Of a stretch of DNA of 64,000 nt, positions 20,389 through 29,227 are shown one piece after another (the first letter of the stretch is position 1; every line of letters begins with the position of its first letter). The stretch is from a virus. Lineage: Duplodnaviria > Caudoviricetes. Location: positions 519-64,518 of IMG/VR virus record IMGVR_UViG_3300044213_000090. One strand, written 5' to 3'. The position numbers and the translations under genes are program-made. The notes beneath the pieces were generated by a model. It had not been told where the DNA came from. It worked only from the letters and a program-made list of their open reading frames with translations, and did not search any database.

Positions 20389-21948
20389 TTACTGATTTAC
20401 TTCTTCTTTATACAAGCTTAACAGAATATCGTGACCTCTAACCCGCTTTTCTAATTGGGTAAACATCTTCTTTTCTATCTCGCTACCTTGTAAGTGTATC
20501 ACAGTTACTTTTGTGGAATCTTGACCAATTCGGTCAGCTCTAGCAATACACTGCAAGTACGTCTCAACCGACATTACAGGCCCATAAAAGACTACTGTAT
20601 CTGCGGCAGTTAGCGTTACACCATGACTTGCCGCTTGTGGTTGAACTACTAGTATACGAGGTTCGGGGAGCGTTTGAAAGCGCTTAAATATATCGGTTCT
20701 TTTGGATACCGACACATCCCCATGAATGACCTCGGATGCTACGTTGTGCTTTAGTAAGTGGTTATGGATAGTATCTATGCTGTGGCGGAATGGCGCAAAA
20801 ACGATTACTTTGCGATTGGTTTCCTCTAGTACTTCCAGTAGTACCGACAAGCGTGGAGCACAGTCAAACTCAACAACTTCTTGCCCATCTGTATAAGCCG
20901 CCCCCGCAGATATTTGTAGCAACTTTGATACACCAGCCGCCGCATTAACTGCAGTAATTGTTTCACCAGCCGCTTCCATAACCATCTTATCTTTGAGCAA
21001 GCGATAGTATTTAACTTGCTGGGGTGTCAGGGGTATTTCTCGGGTCTCTGTGAGGACTGGCGGTAGATCGGTACATTCTTCTTTGGTAAAGCGTATAGCG
21101 GGTTGTAGTGCGTCAAAAACAGCCTCAGCCGCCCCATGCTTGGGAACCCACTTAAACTGGGTTAATTTCTGCATAACTTTATCCCGCCATGCGGTAGCGA
21201 ATTTAGGTACTCCACTAGGGTTTACCAGCTTAGCCAAACCATAGGCATCCACAGGCGATTGTGAGGCTGGTGTGCCCGTCATCATCCACAGTAGGGTGTT
21301 GGGGTTCAGAATCTTATTTAAAGACTTCCAGCGCTTTGTAGAGGGGTTCTTGTAGGCATTAGCCTCATCGACTATCACCAAATCAAACTTCCCATTAGCA
21401 ACCACCTCGTCAGCTATCAGGTTCAAGCCGTCATAATTCACCACTACAAACTCATAGTTGCCCTGTACCATTTCAATACGTCTTGTGGCTTGGGCATGGT
21501 GCGCTACGATAACCGACCTATGGATAATGCTCTTGCCAATGCCGTTCATCCAAGCGTCGTGCATGATAGACAACGGACACAAGATTAAACAACGACGAAC
21601 TTTCCCTAACTTCATAAGGTAGTCAGCCGCCCATAAAGCACTAAGGGTTTTCCCTGTACCGGGGTCATTAAACACGAAAGCTCTTGAATGTAGCGTAAGA
21701 AATTCTGCGGTCTCTACTTGGTGCTCAAACGGCTTATACATACCCGGCCAGTTATACCTAGCGCGGATGGGTGAAGGCACATTCTTAACACCTAGGTTGC
21801 GGAGCACACGCACTTCGTCTAAGCCCCATTTCACAGCGACTTTAGATATATTGCCGTTTGTTTCCACAATGGCGTGTTTAGGTATCACGCTGTATTTTTC
21901 AGGGTTGCGGGTGGTAAACACCAGCGCCTTATCTTCTATGATTTGCAT
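20389..21948 (-). CDS. SNF2-like superfamily 2 helicase
   Basis: DPGTGKT, VIVDEA, MTGTP, HGVTLTAA, QCIARADRIGQ. Confidence 0.9.
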   Translation of the reverse strand: MQIIEDKALVFTTRNPEKYSVIPKHAIVETNGNISKVAVKWGLDEVRVLRNLGVKNVPSPIRARYNWPGMYKPFEHQVETAEFLTLHSRAFVFNDPGTGKTLSALWAADYLMKLGKVRRCLILCPLSIMHDAWMNGIGKSIIHRSVIVAHHAQATRRIEMVQGNYEFVVVNYDGLNLIADEVVANGKFDLVIVDEANAYKNPSTKRWKSLNKILNPNTLLWMMTGTPASQSPVDAYGLAKLVNPSGVPKFATAWRDKVMQKLTQFKWVPKHGAAEAVFDALQPAIRFTKEECTDLPPVLTETREIPLTPQQVKYYRLLKDKMVMEAAGETITAVNAAAGVSKLLQISAGAAYTDGQEVVEFDCAPRLSVLLEVLEETNRKVIVFAPFRHSIDTIHNHLLKHNVASEVIHGDVSVSKRTDIFKRFQTLPEPRILVVQPQAASHGVTLTAADTVVFYGPVMSVETYLQCIARADRIGQDSTKVTVIHLQGSEIEKKMFTQLEKRVRGHDILLSLYKEEVNQ

Positions 21949-22292
21949 TTGTATTTTCCGTTTATCTCTGACCCATCAGTTTCAAATAGTCCAGCCCAAA
22001 ACAATTTGTTTCCTATTTCCCAAGTTAAGTCATCTTGTTGAATAAGTTCGCTTGTGTCTACCCACTCATCACCATAACGTACAAGCCACATAGCACGACA
22101 AGTTTCTATATCTAAATCTTTTGCTTCTGTTTTGTATTCGTGTGCGTCTACTTTTTTCTTGGGCATTATAGGAGACCCCCATTTTCTTTCGTATTTATGT
22201 TCTGCCCCATACAGTTTGTCATCAATTTGTATAGCATGCCCAAAAATACTACGAACATCAGTCCACCCTTCTGCGTATCGTTCATGCCTCAT
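21936..22292 (-). CDS. hypothetical protein, paralog family member 3
   Basis: RAMWLVRYGDEWVDTSEL motif. Confidence 0.65.
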   Translation of the reverse strand: MRHERYAEGWTDVRSIFGHAIQIDDKLYGAEHKYERKWGSPIMPKKKVDAHEYKTEAKDLDIETCRAMWLVRYGDEWVDTSELIQQDDLTWEIGNKLFWAGLFETDGSEINGKYKCKS

Positions 22293-22557
22293 GTTTTTTC
22301 AACCTGTATACCAGACCGCTATTACCATCTGGGGCAGTGACAATTCTGTGTGACTCAAGTTTATCTGCATTAGTTAAGCGCATGAAGGCGCCTGTCCAAA
22401 ACTTATCTTTTTCAAATTCTTCTACTGGCACCCATTCATTTGCCCACTTGACTTGCCACATAGCTTCAATTACGTGTAGTGGGGTATCATAAATTGGGTC
22501 TGCGTTTTCTGAGAACACTTTGCCAAAGTCGTCGAATAGATTTTTTAGTATTTCCAT
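22282..22557 (-). CDS. hypothetical protein, paralog family member 2
   Basis: EAMWQVKWANEWVPVEEF motif. Confidence 0.65.
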   Translation of the reverse strand: MEILKNLFDDFGKVFSENADPIYDTPLHVIEAMWQVKWANEWVPVEEFEKDKFWTGAFMRLTNADKLESHRIVTAPDGNSGLVYRLKKHEA

Positions 22558-22609
22558 GTTATTTACCTATTGCTGTGTTATTCGAACTCGTAGTATTCAT
22601 GGTGCAAAT

Positions 22610-22936
22610 TTAATCTTCGATGATTCTATATACGGGTTTATCAGTAGACGGCATGTATAGACGCTCCATCCTACCCGCTTTGTGCATCCTAAGAGCCGCT
22701 ACATATTGAAAACCATCTAGCTCTGACTGCGGTACCCATCTGTTGCTATATGCCGCCAGCCAAATATTCTTTAGCGTTTCAAGACTAGCTTGCATAGCTT
22801 CGTGATCTATTTCAAAACTAGGTGCGTCAGGGTCGACTTCTACAAACGCTTTGGCTTTTATTATGCCGGGGGCAGTAGTAATTGTAGTTGAACTCCACGT
22901 AGAGCTTGTCCCACTGCTAGTTAATAGCGTACTCAT
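22610..22936 (-). CDS. hypothetical protein, paralog family member 1
   Basis: KNIWLAAYSNRWVPQSEL motif; strong SD. Confidence 0.65.
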   Translation of the reverse strand: MSTLLTSSGTSSTWSSTTITTAPGIIKAKAFVEVDPDAPSFEIDHEAMQASLETLKNIWLAAYSNRWVPQSELDGFQYVAALRMHKAGRMERLYMPSTDKPVYRIIED

Positions 22937-22963
22937 TTTCTTTTCCTTTCGTTGTTGTCGATT

Positions 22964-23200
22964 TTATTTTTTATTATCTGACATATTAGCTTTGGGAGAT
23001 CGCAGTCTTAAGTTGCCGCTTGTTGATTTCCCGCCTGACTTTAAGGGCTTGATATGGTCTATCTGTTTACCCTTGCGGTCGATGCCTTCTTTGTCGTACT
23101 TACGTCTTGCACGCTGGCGCTCGAGTTGGTCTTCGGTTTCACCGCTTGCTTTTTGTAACTTGTATGCGTGTTTGTAGTCACGTTTGCCGTTCTTTTGCAT
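22964..23200 (-). CDS. small HNH endonuclease-like protein
   Basis: IDHIKPLKSGG..SGNLRLRS..AN. Confidence 0.75.
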   Translation of the reverse strand: MQKNGKRDYKHAYKLQKASGETEDQLERQRARRKYDKEGIDRKGKQIDHIKPLKSGGKSTSGNLRLRSPKANMSDNKK

Positions 23201-23208
23201 AGTCTTTC

Positions 23209-23883
23209 CTAATGTTTAGGGTTATGTTCACAAGACTTAACTTGGCACCATCCGCATAGAGGTGTACTTGTAGGGTTCCAAACCCCAGTAGCGTGGCTAT
23301 TAGCTAGCTTAGCTACTCTTTCTCTATACAACTGCCAATGAAAGTCTTTTTCATCTGCCATCATTTTACTCTTAACCATACTGTTTTTAACCACGAAAAG
23401 CAAAGATGAGTTAACTTGGCGTATGTGGGGGAAGTGAGCGAACACCATCAAAGACATCAGAATTAGCTGGTCTCGGTCAGGGTATTTATCGTTGCCTGTT
23501 TTATAGTCAACTACCCAAGCCTTTAAGCCGTCGTCATCAATGATTACTAAGTCAGCAATACCTCTAGCCCAAACATCATCAGCGTCAAATGCACAGGGTG
23601 TTAAGTCTTCCCTTACACCCATCTCGAGCTCAGGTAGTTTTCTACCCTTTATGCCCATCAATCTTTCCACAATCGGTTCCATAAAGGCGTACTCGGGTGG
23701 GATTGGTGTGCCGTTTTTAACATAAAGCTCAGCCGCTTCATGCACTTGCTTGCCATACTTAGTATGAACAGTTTCTTGGAATGGGTAGTTCTTAAGCACG
23801 TTTACTTCATAGAATCTTCTAGCACACCCTTCGTAATTTTTGAGACCGCTGTGTGACCATTTAATTTTTTTGATTTCGCTCAT
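23209..23883 (-). CDS. PD-(D/E)xK Cas4-like exonuclease
   Basis: WSHS..C, G..VH, GIAD, VVDYKTG, C-terminal C..C...C. Confidence 0.85.
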   Translation of the reverse strand: MSEIKKIKWSHSGLKNYEGCARRFYEVNVLKNYPFQETVHTKYGKQVHEAAELYVKNGTPIPPEYAFMEPIVERLMGIKGRKLPELEMGVREDLTPCAFDADDVWARGIADLVIIDDDGLKAWVVDYKTGNDKYPDRDQLILMSLMVFAHFPHIRQVNSSLLFVVKNSMVKSKMMADEKDFHWQLYRERVAKLANSHATGVWNPTSTPLCGWCQVKSCEHNPKH

Positions 23884-24374
23884 AGGGTTCCTGCTGGATG
23901 GAGTATTCTTTTTGCTGTTACGTATGCCGCATGCGCCTCTTCTGCGGTGTTAAAATAGCCTAGATGTTTTGGTTTTCCGTTGATTTTTATTTTGGCTATG
24001 TATTTATTGTTTAGTTTATGCCAACTAACCCCTAGTAAATGCGACGATTTATTATTTGGTCTGTGCGCACGTTGGTTTTGTCCGTTTAATATATGATTTG
24101 ATAACCGCAAATTGCAAAACCTATTGTCTAGGGGGTTGCCATTTATATGGTCAAGCATGTCGGTAGGCCACTTTCCTGTTTCAAACAGCCATACAAGTTT
24201 GTGCGTGAATATCTGTTTTTTATTAACGCCAATTTGTGCTCTACCCAAAGCGTTTATGCGCCCAGCTTTCATACCTTTTCTAGCCTTTGGGTGTTTGTTA
24301 TCCACAAGCCAGTAAAACGCACCTTCATCGGGTGCGTACCGTAGTATGCTTTTTAAATATTTTAGCGTCGTCAT
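23880..24374 (-). CDS. free-standing HNH-AP2 homing endonuclease
   Basis: HKLVW..LDHINGNPLDNRFCNLR plus AP2 domain GVSW..YIAKI..HLGYFNTAEEAHAAY; start at 24374 or 24380. Confidence 0.9.
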   Translation of the reverse strand: MTTLKYLKSILRYAPDEGAFYWLVDNKHPKARKGMKAGRINALGRAQIGVNKKQIFTHKLVWLFETGKWPTDMLDHINGNPLDNRFCNLRLSNHILNGQNQRAHRPNNKSSHLLGVSWHKLNNKYIAKIKINGKPKHLGYFNTAEEAHAAYVTAKRILHPAGTL

Positions 24375-24380
24375 AAACAT

Positions 24381-24409
24381 AGTATAAAAGATTAAAGCGT
24401 GTTATGCAA
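24381..24409 (-). promoter_or_regulatory. sigma70 promoter of HNH-AP2 gene
   Basis: TTGCAT (24409-24404), 17 nt spacer, TATACT (24386-24381). Confidence 0.65.
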
Positions 24410-24413
24410 TCTT

Positions 24414-27251
24414 TTATTTTGCGTCTCCGTATCTTTTAGCATAGCTTGAGTCTGCGTCAAGTGGTATGCCCTTCATATATGGCGGTTCTTTAATCATCTG
24501 CGCATGAACCCATGTTTCCGCTATCTCAGCTTCATTCTCAGGTACAAGCACTACAACTTCATCGTGAACAGTCAACACACAAGGGTATCTTTCCTGTATC
24601 CGTAACATTCCATCAGTCATCACGCAACGGGCAACGGCCTGAACAATGTTTTCTACCAGCTTACCGCCGTATAGTTTTTTATTGTCAGACCCATAAGACC
24701 ACTGCGCTCTGCCTTTATCGTCATATGCAACTGTTAAATTCGGATAACGCAAAGACAAACCACTAGGTAGGATTATACGCTCTTTTTCAAATTTTAGACA
24801 CTTGTATTCATAAGTATTTCCCTTATACAAACTGTGCTCTATCAGCGAACCACACAACTCCCAAAAGCTAACGACTGGGTGTGACTTCTCTCTGTAAATC
24901 TCAATAATCTTTTTAGCCGCTAGGCTGTGGACGGCAAGCTCTCTGTCGGTACAAGTGTGCGGTATTTTGTTAAGTAATTCCACGTTCCTATCCCAACCCA
25001 TAAAGTCCGCCGCATCTTGTTGGGTTACTCCAAGTTGTTTAGCAAATGCCTTATCGTATAGAGTAGGCGGTGCGCCGAGAAACCCAGTCAATAACTGGGC
25101 AGAAAAGCTAGCCCAACCCATACCATAGCCACAGTTATGTACAATCATTGGACCCGCTTCAGTAAGAACCATATATCTATTTCTTGGACCCGCATAAGCG
25201 ATGTCGTAAGTCTGCATTTTCTGCTTCAAGAAGTTTGATTGTTTTTCTAAGCTCTTCGACGTCTCGTGCTTTGATTTTTCTTTTATTTGACATGTTGACG
25301 CTCCTAGAACAGAACCGCAAATTGTTTGGTTCATATCCTTTATCATTGTCGATTCTGTCAAGCTGGTACTCGGGGACGTCCCAACCATCAAGGGTGACAA
25401 GATATTTAAGAAATGCAACCCTGTCTTTAATCCATCCCGGATATACGCCGATACCTCTTCCACCGTAGTCCGGATAGATTTTACTTTTTGGATTGGTACA
25501 TCGGACAATAATCGAGCTGATTCTGTCAAGTAGTCTGTCCCTGTGGTTTCTGTCAGGGCAAATGGCGTGATACCCCTTCTGTTCCCAACGAGTCTCGACA
25601 GCTTTTCTTTTAGCACACACGTTACATCTTGTAGTTTTCTGCCTCTTGAAGTTGTGCCTATCAACTCTTCCCTTCCAACCACATGAACAGGCGACGTACG
25701 GGTGAAATCCTTTGTTGTGGTTGACCCATCCGACGATGGTAAGCTCGCCTTGTTTATAGCCGATAGGAAACGGAGCGGGTTTGTACATACCTCTTTCCAT
25801 TCCTGCCATCCATGTTCCGTCAGGATTTCGTGGTCCTGCGTAGCGCTTATGCCCCATGCTGTCAGTACTTCCTTTTCCCCTTGAGGAAGCAGTCCTTGAT
25901 GTTTTACCCATTCTTCACCATCCCATAACAAATCCGTATCCTGAACACTTATTATGGACTTCCATCCGGCATCGGTCAACACTTTAGTGTCTGCGCCAAA
26001 ACAACCTAGCAGCGCCGATTTGGCCGACTGTCTAAGAGTCGGATGTGTTTCCTTACTGAGGTTCGGGATACCGAACATTTGCGCTCCGAACGCCGAATAC
26101 GCATCCTGTCCCGAATTGAAAATGTCAAGTAGCGCTTGATAATCTGCGAGGTACGCCAAGACCCTAGGCTCAATTTGGGAGAGGTCGCAGACCACAAGGG
26201 TGTAGCCTTTCGGCGCTTTGATAGCTTTGCGTAAGAAAGAGTTCCGTTTAAGGTTTTGTAGATTAAGCCCCGAGCCCTTGCTCGCCGACCAACGACCGGT
26301 ATGCGCTCCGTAATAATTAAGTGGGACAGGGAGCGTACCTCTTTGAGCAATATCTGCGAATCTCTGTGCTCTTGTTCGTTCCAGCGTAGATTTAACCTTG
26401 AGCCTAGCTTCACACAAGAGTGCCACATCCTCATTGTCAGAATTGAGTAGCGCTTGGAAGAGTGCGTCGTTTTTAGCAAATGCGAAAGTTTCTTTATTGG
26501 TCGTTTTGCTAATCTTTTTCGGCGGGCTAACTCCAAGCGTTTCCAAAATAACAGCGAACTTATCGTTACTAGCCAACGACGATTCTTCAATGCCAATTTT
26601 TTGTAAGAGCGCTTCTCTTTTGGTGCGTTCGTCCTCAATCGCATTTTGTAATATCTCCTTGTCTAGCTCAAGCGTAGGGAATACAAACATCTTGAGCGTC
26701 ATGTCAATCAATTTTAGCTCGTCGTTAGGGAACCCGCCGTCAACTTCACCCATCAGGTTTCTAAATATCTGAGCGCATAGCTCTACATCATGTTCGCAGT
26801 AGACGGCTAACTCTTGTTCAATTTCATATGTTATCTCGGCCAAGCCGTTAGTGCTATGCACCGCTTGTCCTTTAGGTGGTAGCCCATAATACTCGGCTAA
26901 CGTCGCCAAGCTGTTGCCCACTTCCACACCACGTAAAGCACGAGCCATAGAAAGAGAATCAAGAATAAAGGCAGGGCGAGCACCATATACCCAACAAAGG
27001 ATAGAGACATCAAACTGAGCGTTATGTGCAAGGACATTTACATTCTCCCAATCAATCGAGCTAATCCACGCTGGTATATCGTCATGCGTAACCCAATATG
27101 TTAAGTCTTCGTCAAGCCACTTATACCCAACGCCAAACGCTTTAAACATGGGGCTACGTACGTATTGTTCCGTAGTCATCTTACTTAGCGTGTAGTCTTT
27201 ACTGTCCCAACGAGTTTCAAAATCAACTACGAGTGTTCTTCTTCCGTACAT
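24414..27251 (-). CDS. family A DNA polymerase with 3'-5' exonuclease, intein-containing
   Basis: VVDFET, AHNAQFD (exonuclease); HTGRWS, NLQN, DLSQIEPR (motif A), RQSAK..LG|CGYG (motif B, split by intein), TVHDE (motif C). Confidence 0.95.
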   Translation of the reverse strand: MYGRRTLVVDFETRWDSKDYTLSKMTTEQYVRSPMFKAFGVGYKWLDEDLTYWVTHDDIPAWISSIDWENVNVLAHNAQFDVSILCWVYGARPAFILDSLSMARALRGVEVGNSLATLAEYYGLPPKGQAVHSTNGLAEITYEIEQELAVYCEHDVELCAQIFRNLMGEVDGGFPNDELKLIDMTLKMFVFPTLELDKEILQNAIEDERTKREALLQKIGIEESSLASNDKFAVILETLGVSPPKKISKTTNKETFAFAKNDALFQALLNSDNEDVALLCEARLKVKSTLERTRAQRFADIAQRGTLPVPLNYYGAHTGRWSASKGSGLNLQNLKRNSFLRKAIKAPKGYTLVVCDLSQIEPRVLAYLADYQALLDIFNSGQDAYSAFGAQMFGIPNLSKETHPTLRQSAKSALLGCFGADTKVLTDAGWKSIISVQDTDLLWDGEEWVKHQGLLPQGEKEVLTAWGISATQDHEILTEHGWQEWKEVCTNPLRFLSAINKASLPSSDGSTTTKDFTRTSPVHVVGREELIGTTSRGRKLQDVTCVLKEKLSRLVGNRRGITPFALTETTGTDYLTESARLLSDVPIQKVKSIRTTVEEVSAYIRDGLKTGLHFLNILSPLMVGTSPSTSLTESTMIKDMNQTICGSVLGASTCQIKEKSKHETSKSLEKQSNFLKQKMQTYDIAYAGPRNRYMVLTEAGPMIVHNCGYGMGWASFSAQLLTGFLGAPPTLYDKAFAKQLGVTQQDAADFMGWDRNVELLNKIPHTCTDRELAVHSLAAKKIIEIYREKSHPVVSFWELCGSLIEHSLYKGNTYEYKCLKFEKERIILPSGLSLRYPNLTVAYDDKGRAQWSYGSDNKKLYGGKLVENIVQAVARCVMTDGMLRIQERYPCVLTVHDEVVVLVPENEAEIAETWVHAQMIKEPPYMKGIPLDADSSYAKRYGDAK
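25134..26003 (-). mobile_element. intein (290 aa) in polymerase motif B
   Basis: Starts CFGADTKVLT (block A), TQDHEIL (block B), TYDI (block F), ends IVHN followed by Cys+1; removal restores SAKSALLG-CGYGMG. Confidence 0.93.
25177..25788 (-). CDS. HNH homing endonuclease overprinted out of frame inside the intein
   Basis: CSCG..RCNVC, RC.NP....YPDYGGRGI, LDRIDNDKGYEPNNLRF..N; frame open from 25911; candidate ATGs at 25857, 25809, 25800, 25788. Confidence 0.85.
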   Translation of the reverse strand: MYKPAPFPIGYKQGELTIVGWVNHNKGFHPYVACSCGWKGRVDRHNFKRQKTTRCNVCAKRKAVETRWEQKGYHAICPDRNHRDRLLDRISSIIVRCTNPKSKIYPDYGGRGIGVYPGWIKDRVAFLKYLVTLDGWDVPEYQLDRIDNDKGYEPNNLRFCSRSVNMSNKRKIKARDVEELRKTIKLLEAENADLRHRLCGSKK

Positions 27252-27429
27252 TCTTCGCTTTCGTTTTTGTTTTAGCCTGTGCTTCTTTTTTGCACTGTTC
27301 TATATATTGTTTGAGGATTGCCAGCACGCCCTCTTGAACTAGAAAGCCTAGCCCTTCTGCATCAAACCTTACTAAGCAGTCGGCAGAGCCGTCAGGATTC
27401 TCTGTGGTTTTAATAATTGTGATGTTCAT
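27223..27429 (-). CDS. hypothetical protein
   Basis: ENPDGSA motif; overlaps polymerase start. Confidence 0.6.
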   Translation of the reverse strand: MNITIIKTTENPDGSADCLVRFDAEGLGFLVQEGVLAILKQYIEQCKKEAQAKTKTKAKNVRKKNTRS

Positions 27430-27545
27430 TCGTTTCTCCAGTAAACATTGTTAGGGTTAGCTAGCATGGACTTAACTAACTCTTCTGCATTTTTAAACCA
27501 TTGAATCACTTTTAGGCCGTCATCCTGAAAAATAGTAAAGCTCAT
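27426..27545 (-). CDS. small hypothetical protein (39 aa, MSFTIFQDDG...)
   Basis: Read manually; ATGA overlaps at both ends. Confidence 0.55.
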   Translation of the reverse strand: MSFTIFQDDGLKVIQWFKNAEELVKSMLANPNNVYWRNE

Positions 27546-28177
27546 TTCTCTCCCCTTACTTTAGCTTCTATTGCCCTAGCAAAATTCAAAACCATACTTC
27601 TACCCCAAAAGAAAACTTGTTCAGTTAGATTTTCTCCACCGCTTATTTCCATAATTTCCTCATCACTTAATGGAGATACTTCGTGCTTTGTTTGTGGTGT
27701 GGTGTAGAGTGGTTCTGCATCTTTAATTCGTGTTTCCCAATCTGACCCACTACCGCTATCAATGTATTTGTAGCCATAACCATCAAAGTCATAGCGCATT
27801 GCTATTGGTTCATTTTGATTTTCTTGCAGTATTTCAACGCATTTATGGTGTGCGTTCTTGTGTAGATTTAATTGCTTTTCCAACTCCGCTATTTTGTCTG
27901 CTTGCGTCTTGAAAAGAATCGACATTGTTTTGACTCTTTCTTCTTGAGCCTTGTAAAGTGCGTTCATACTTTCAAGCCCGTCAAATCCATCTTTCATACA
28001 TTTCTCGTATGTAGTGGATAACGCTACAATCTGCGACTCCAACTCCGCTATTCTGTCTGCTTGTTGGCGAAGCATTACCTTTGCATCTGCCACAGTAGAA
28101 CGAATATGTCCCATAGCGTGTGCTTCAGCCTTATCTTCAACAATCTGTAATTCATCTGCTAATTCTAAAGCGTTCAT
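27542..28177 (-). CDS. modular hypothetical protein
   Basis: MNALELADEL, QADRIAELE, PLYTTPQ, LSDEEI, FARAIE micro-modules. Confidence 0.65.
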   Translation of the reverse strand: MNALELADELQIVEDKAEAHAMGHIRSTVADAKVMLRQQADRIAELESQIVALSTTYEKCMKDGFDGLESMNALYKAQEERVKTMSILFKTQADKIAELEKQLNLHKNAHHKCVEILQENQNEPIAMRYDFDGYGYKYIDSGSGSDWETRIKDAEPLYTTPQTKHEVSPLSDEEIMEISGGENLTEQVFFWGRSMVLNFARAIEAKVRGEK

Positions 28178-28485
28178 ACAATCTCCCAATCAATATCACC
28201 ATCATCAGACAATTTTGTAATACGCACCGTTACATTTGGTAATCGTATTGCCCTATGAATTTCAATTTCTTGACCCAATTCAATATCAAATGCGTTTTGG
28301 TATTCCTCAAGTACAACATCCGAAATAGAGTAGTAAGAAAACTCAGGGTCATTATCATTCCAAAATAAATTAGGCTCTAATTGTTTCTCAAGTTCCACTA
28401 TTCTGTCTGCTTGTTTGTCTAGCTTTTGAAGTGCGTAGTGGTGGGTATCCCGTAGCTTCTCGTATTCTTCTTTCCAGTCTTTCAA
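28174..28485 (-). CDS. hypothetical protein
   Basis: Operon-coupled ORF with QADRIVELEK module. Confidence 0.55.
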   Translation of the reverse strand: MKDWKEEYEKLRDTHHYALQKLDKQADRIVELEKQLEPNLFWNDNDPEFSYYSISDVVLEEYQNAFDIELGQEIEIHRAIRLPNVTVRITKLSDDGDIDWEIV

Positions 28486-28640
28486 AATAATGCCTCCTCG
28501 AAGGTATATTGAGGTTGGGGGGCGTTACGTACACCTTTGTATGACCAGCCACTTCTTAGGGCGCACGTTGCTATTGCTTCTTCTTTGCGGTGTGTAACCC
28601 GCATTAGTTCTCCGTCCTCGTTGTAGATTTTGTATCTCAT
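28482..28640 (-). CDS. small hypothetical protein (52 aa, MRYKIYNEDG...FEEALF)
   Basis: Read manually; TAATG coupling with upstream gene. Confidence 0.55.
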   Translation of the reverse strand: MRYKIYNEDGELMRVTHRKEEAIATCALRSGWSYKGVRNAPQPQYTFEEALF

Positions 28641-28876
28641 TAATTTATTGTCCTGTCGTTAAGTTGATCTAGAACTCTATGCCCAATTTCAGCCGCAGTT
28701 TCAGTAAGTAATATAGGAACTTCCATTTCGTCAATGTTCAAACCGCAAACTTTAACGCTACTTGTTTCGCTATTAGCTACTACTAAGATCATGGAAATAT
28801 TTGGGTCATCTGCGCCTTCTTCAATCAAACCATAAATCGCTTCAAGGGCGCTGTCGTGTGTTGTTCTTTCCGTCAT
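28640..28876 (-). CDS. hypothetical protein
   Basis: SD AAAGGA; ORF track. Confidence 0.6.
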   Translation of the reverse strand: MTERTTHDSALEAIYGLIEEGADDPNISMILVVANSETSSVKVCGLNIDEMEVPILLTETAAEIGHRVLDQLNDRTIN

Positions 28877-28900
28877 TTATTTTTTCCTTTATTTGTTTTT

Positions 28901-29227
28901 TCAGTCATACAGTCTTTCTCGTATATGGTCTACTTCGTCAATCGTTGCTATGGTCATTTCTACTGTATCTAAATTCTGCTCGTTAATAACGAGCCCATAC
29001 CCGCCAGCATCCTCAATCTTCTTGAGTTCTGCCTCTTGTAAAGCCGTTACTGTATTGTTTCCAGCCTTACATTCTATCGCAATAAATCGGCCTTGATGAC
29101 ACGCAATAATATCGGGAATACCCGAACGCCCATACCCGCCCATTACTGGATAAAAGTAGTAAACGCTACGTGCCTTTAGGATTTTTGTTACTGCGTCTTT
29201 TACCTTTTTCTCGGGTGTTTGTGCCAT
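28901..29227 (-). CDS. VRR-NUC domain nuclease
   Basis: TPEKKV..GIPDII..FIAIECKA..LQ. Confidence 0.85.
   Translation of the reverse strand: MAQTPEKKVKDAVTKILKARSVYYFYPVMGGYGRSGIPDIIACHQGRFIAIECKAGNNTVTALQEAELKKIEDAGGYGLVINEQNLDTVEMTIATIDEVDHIRERLYD

Noticed and set aside
25184-25468. Plus-strand ORF antisense to the intein/HNH
   Set aside because: Reverse-complement shadow with no motifs.
25860-25911. Programmed -1 frameshift fusing the intein N-domain to the HNH
   Set aside because: GGGGAAAAG is present but not phased as a canonical X XXY YYZ heptamer in the polymerase frame; independent initiation is simpler, though a shift is not excluded.
26006-26644. 212-aa same-strand alternative-frame ORF in polymerase, ending next to the intein start
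   Set aside because: No recognisable motif or SD; overlaps conserved polymerase motifs; in a different frame from the HNH; treated as a shadow ORF.
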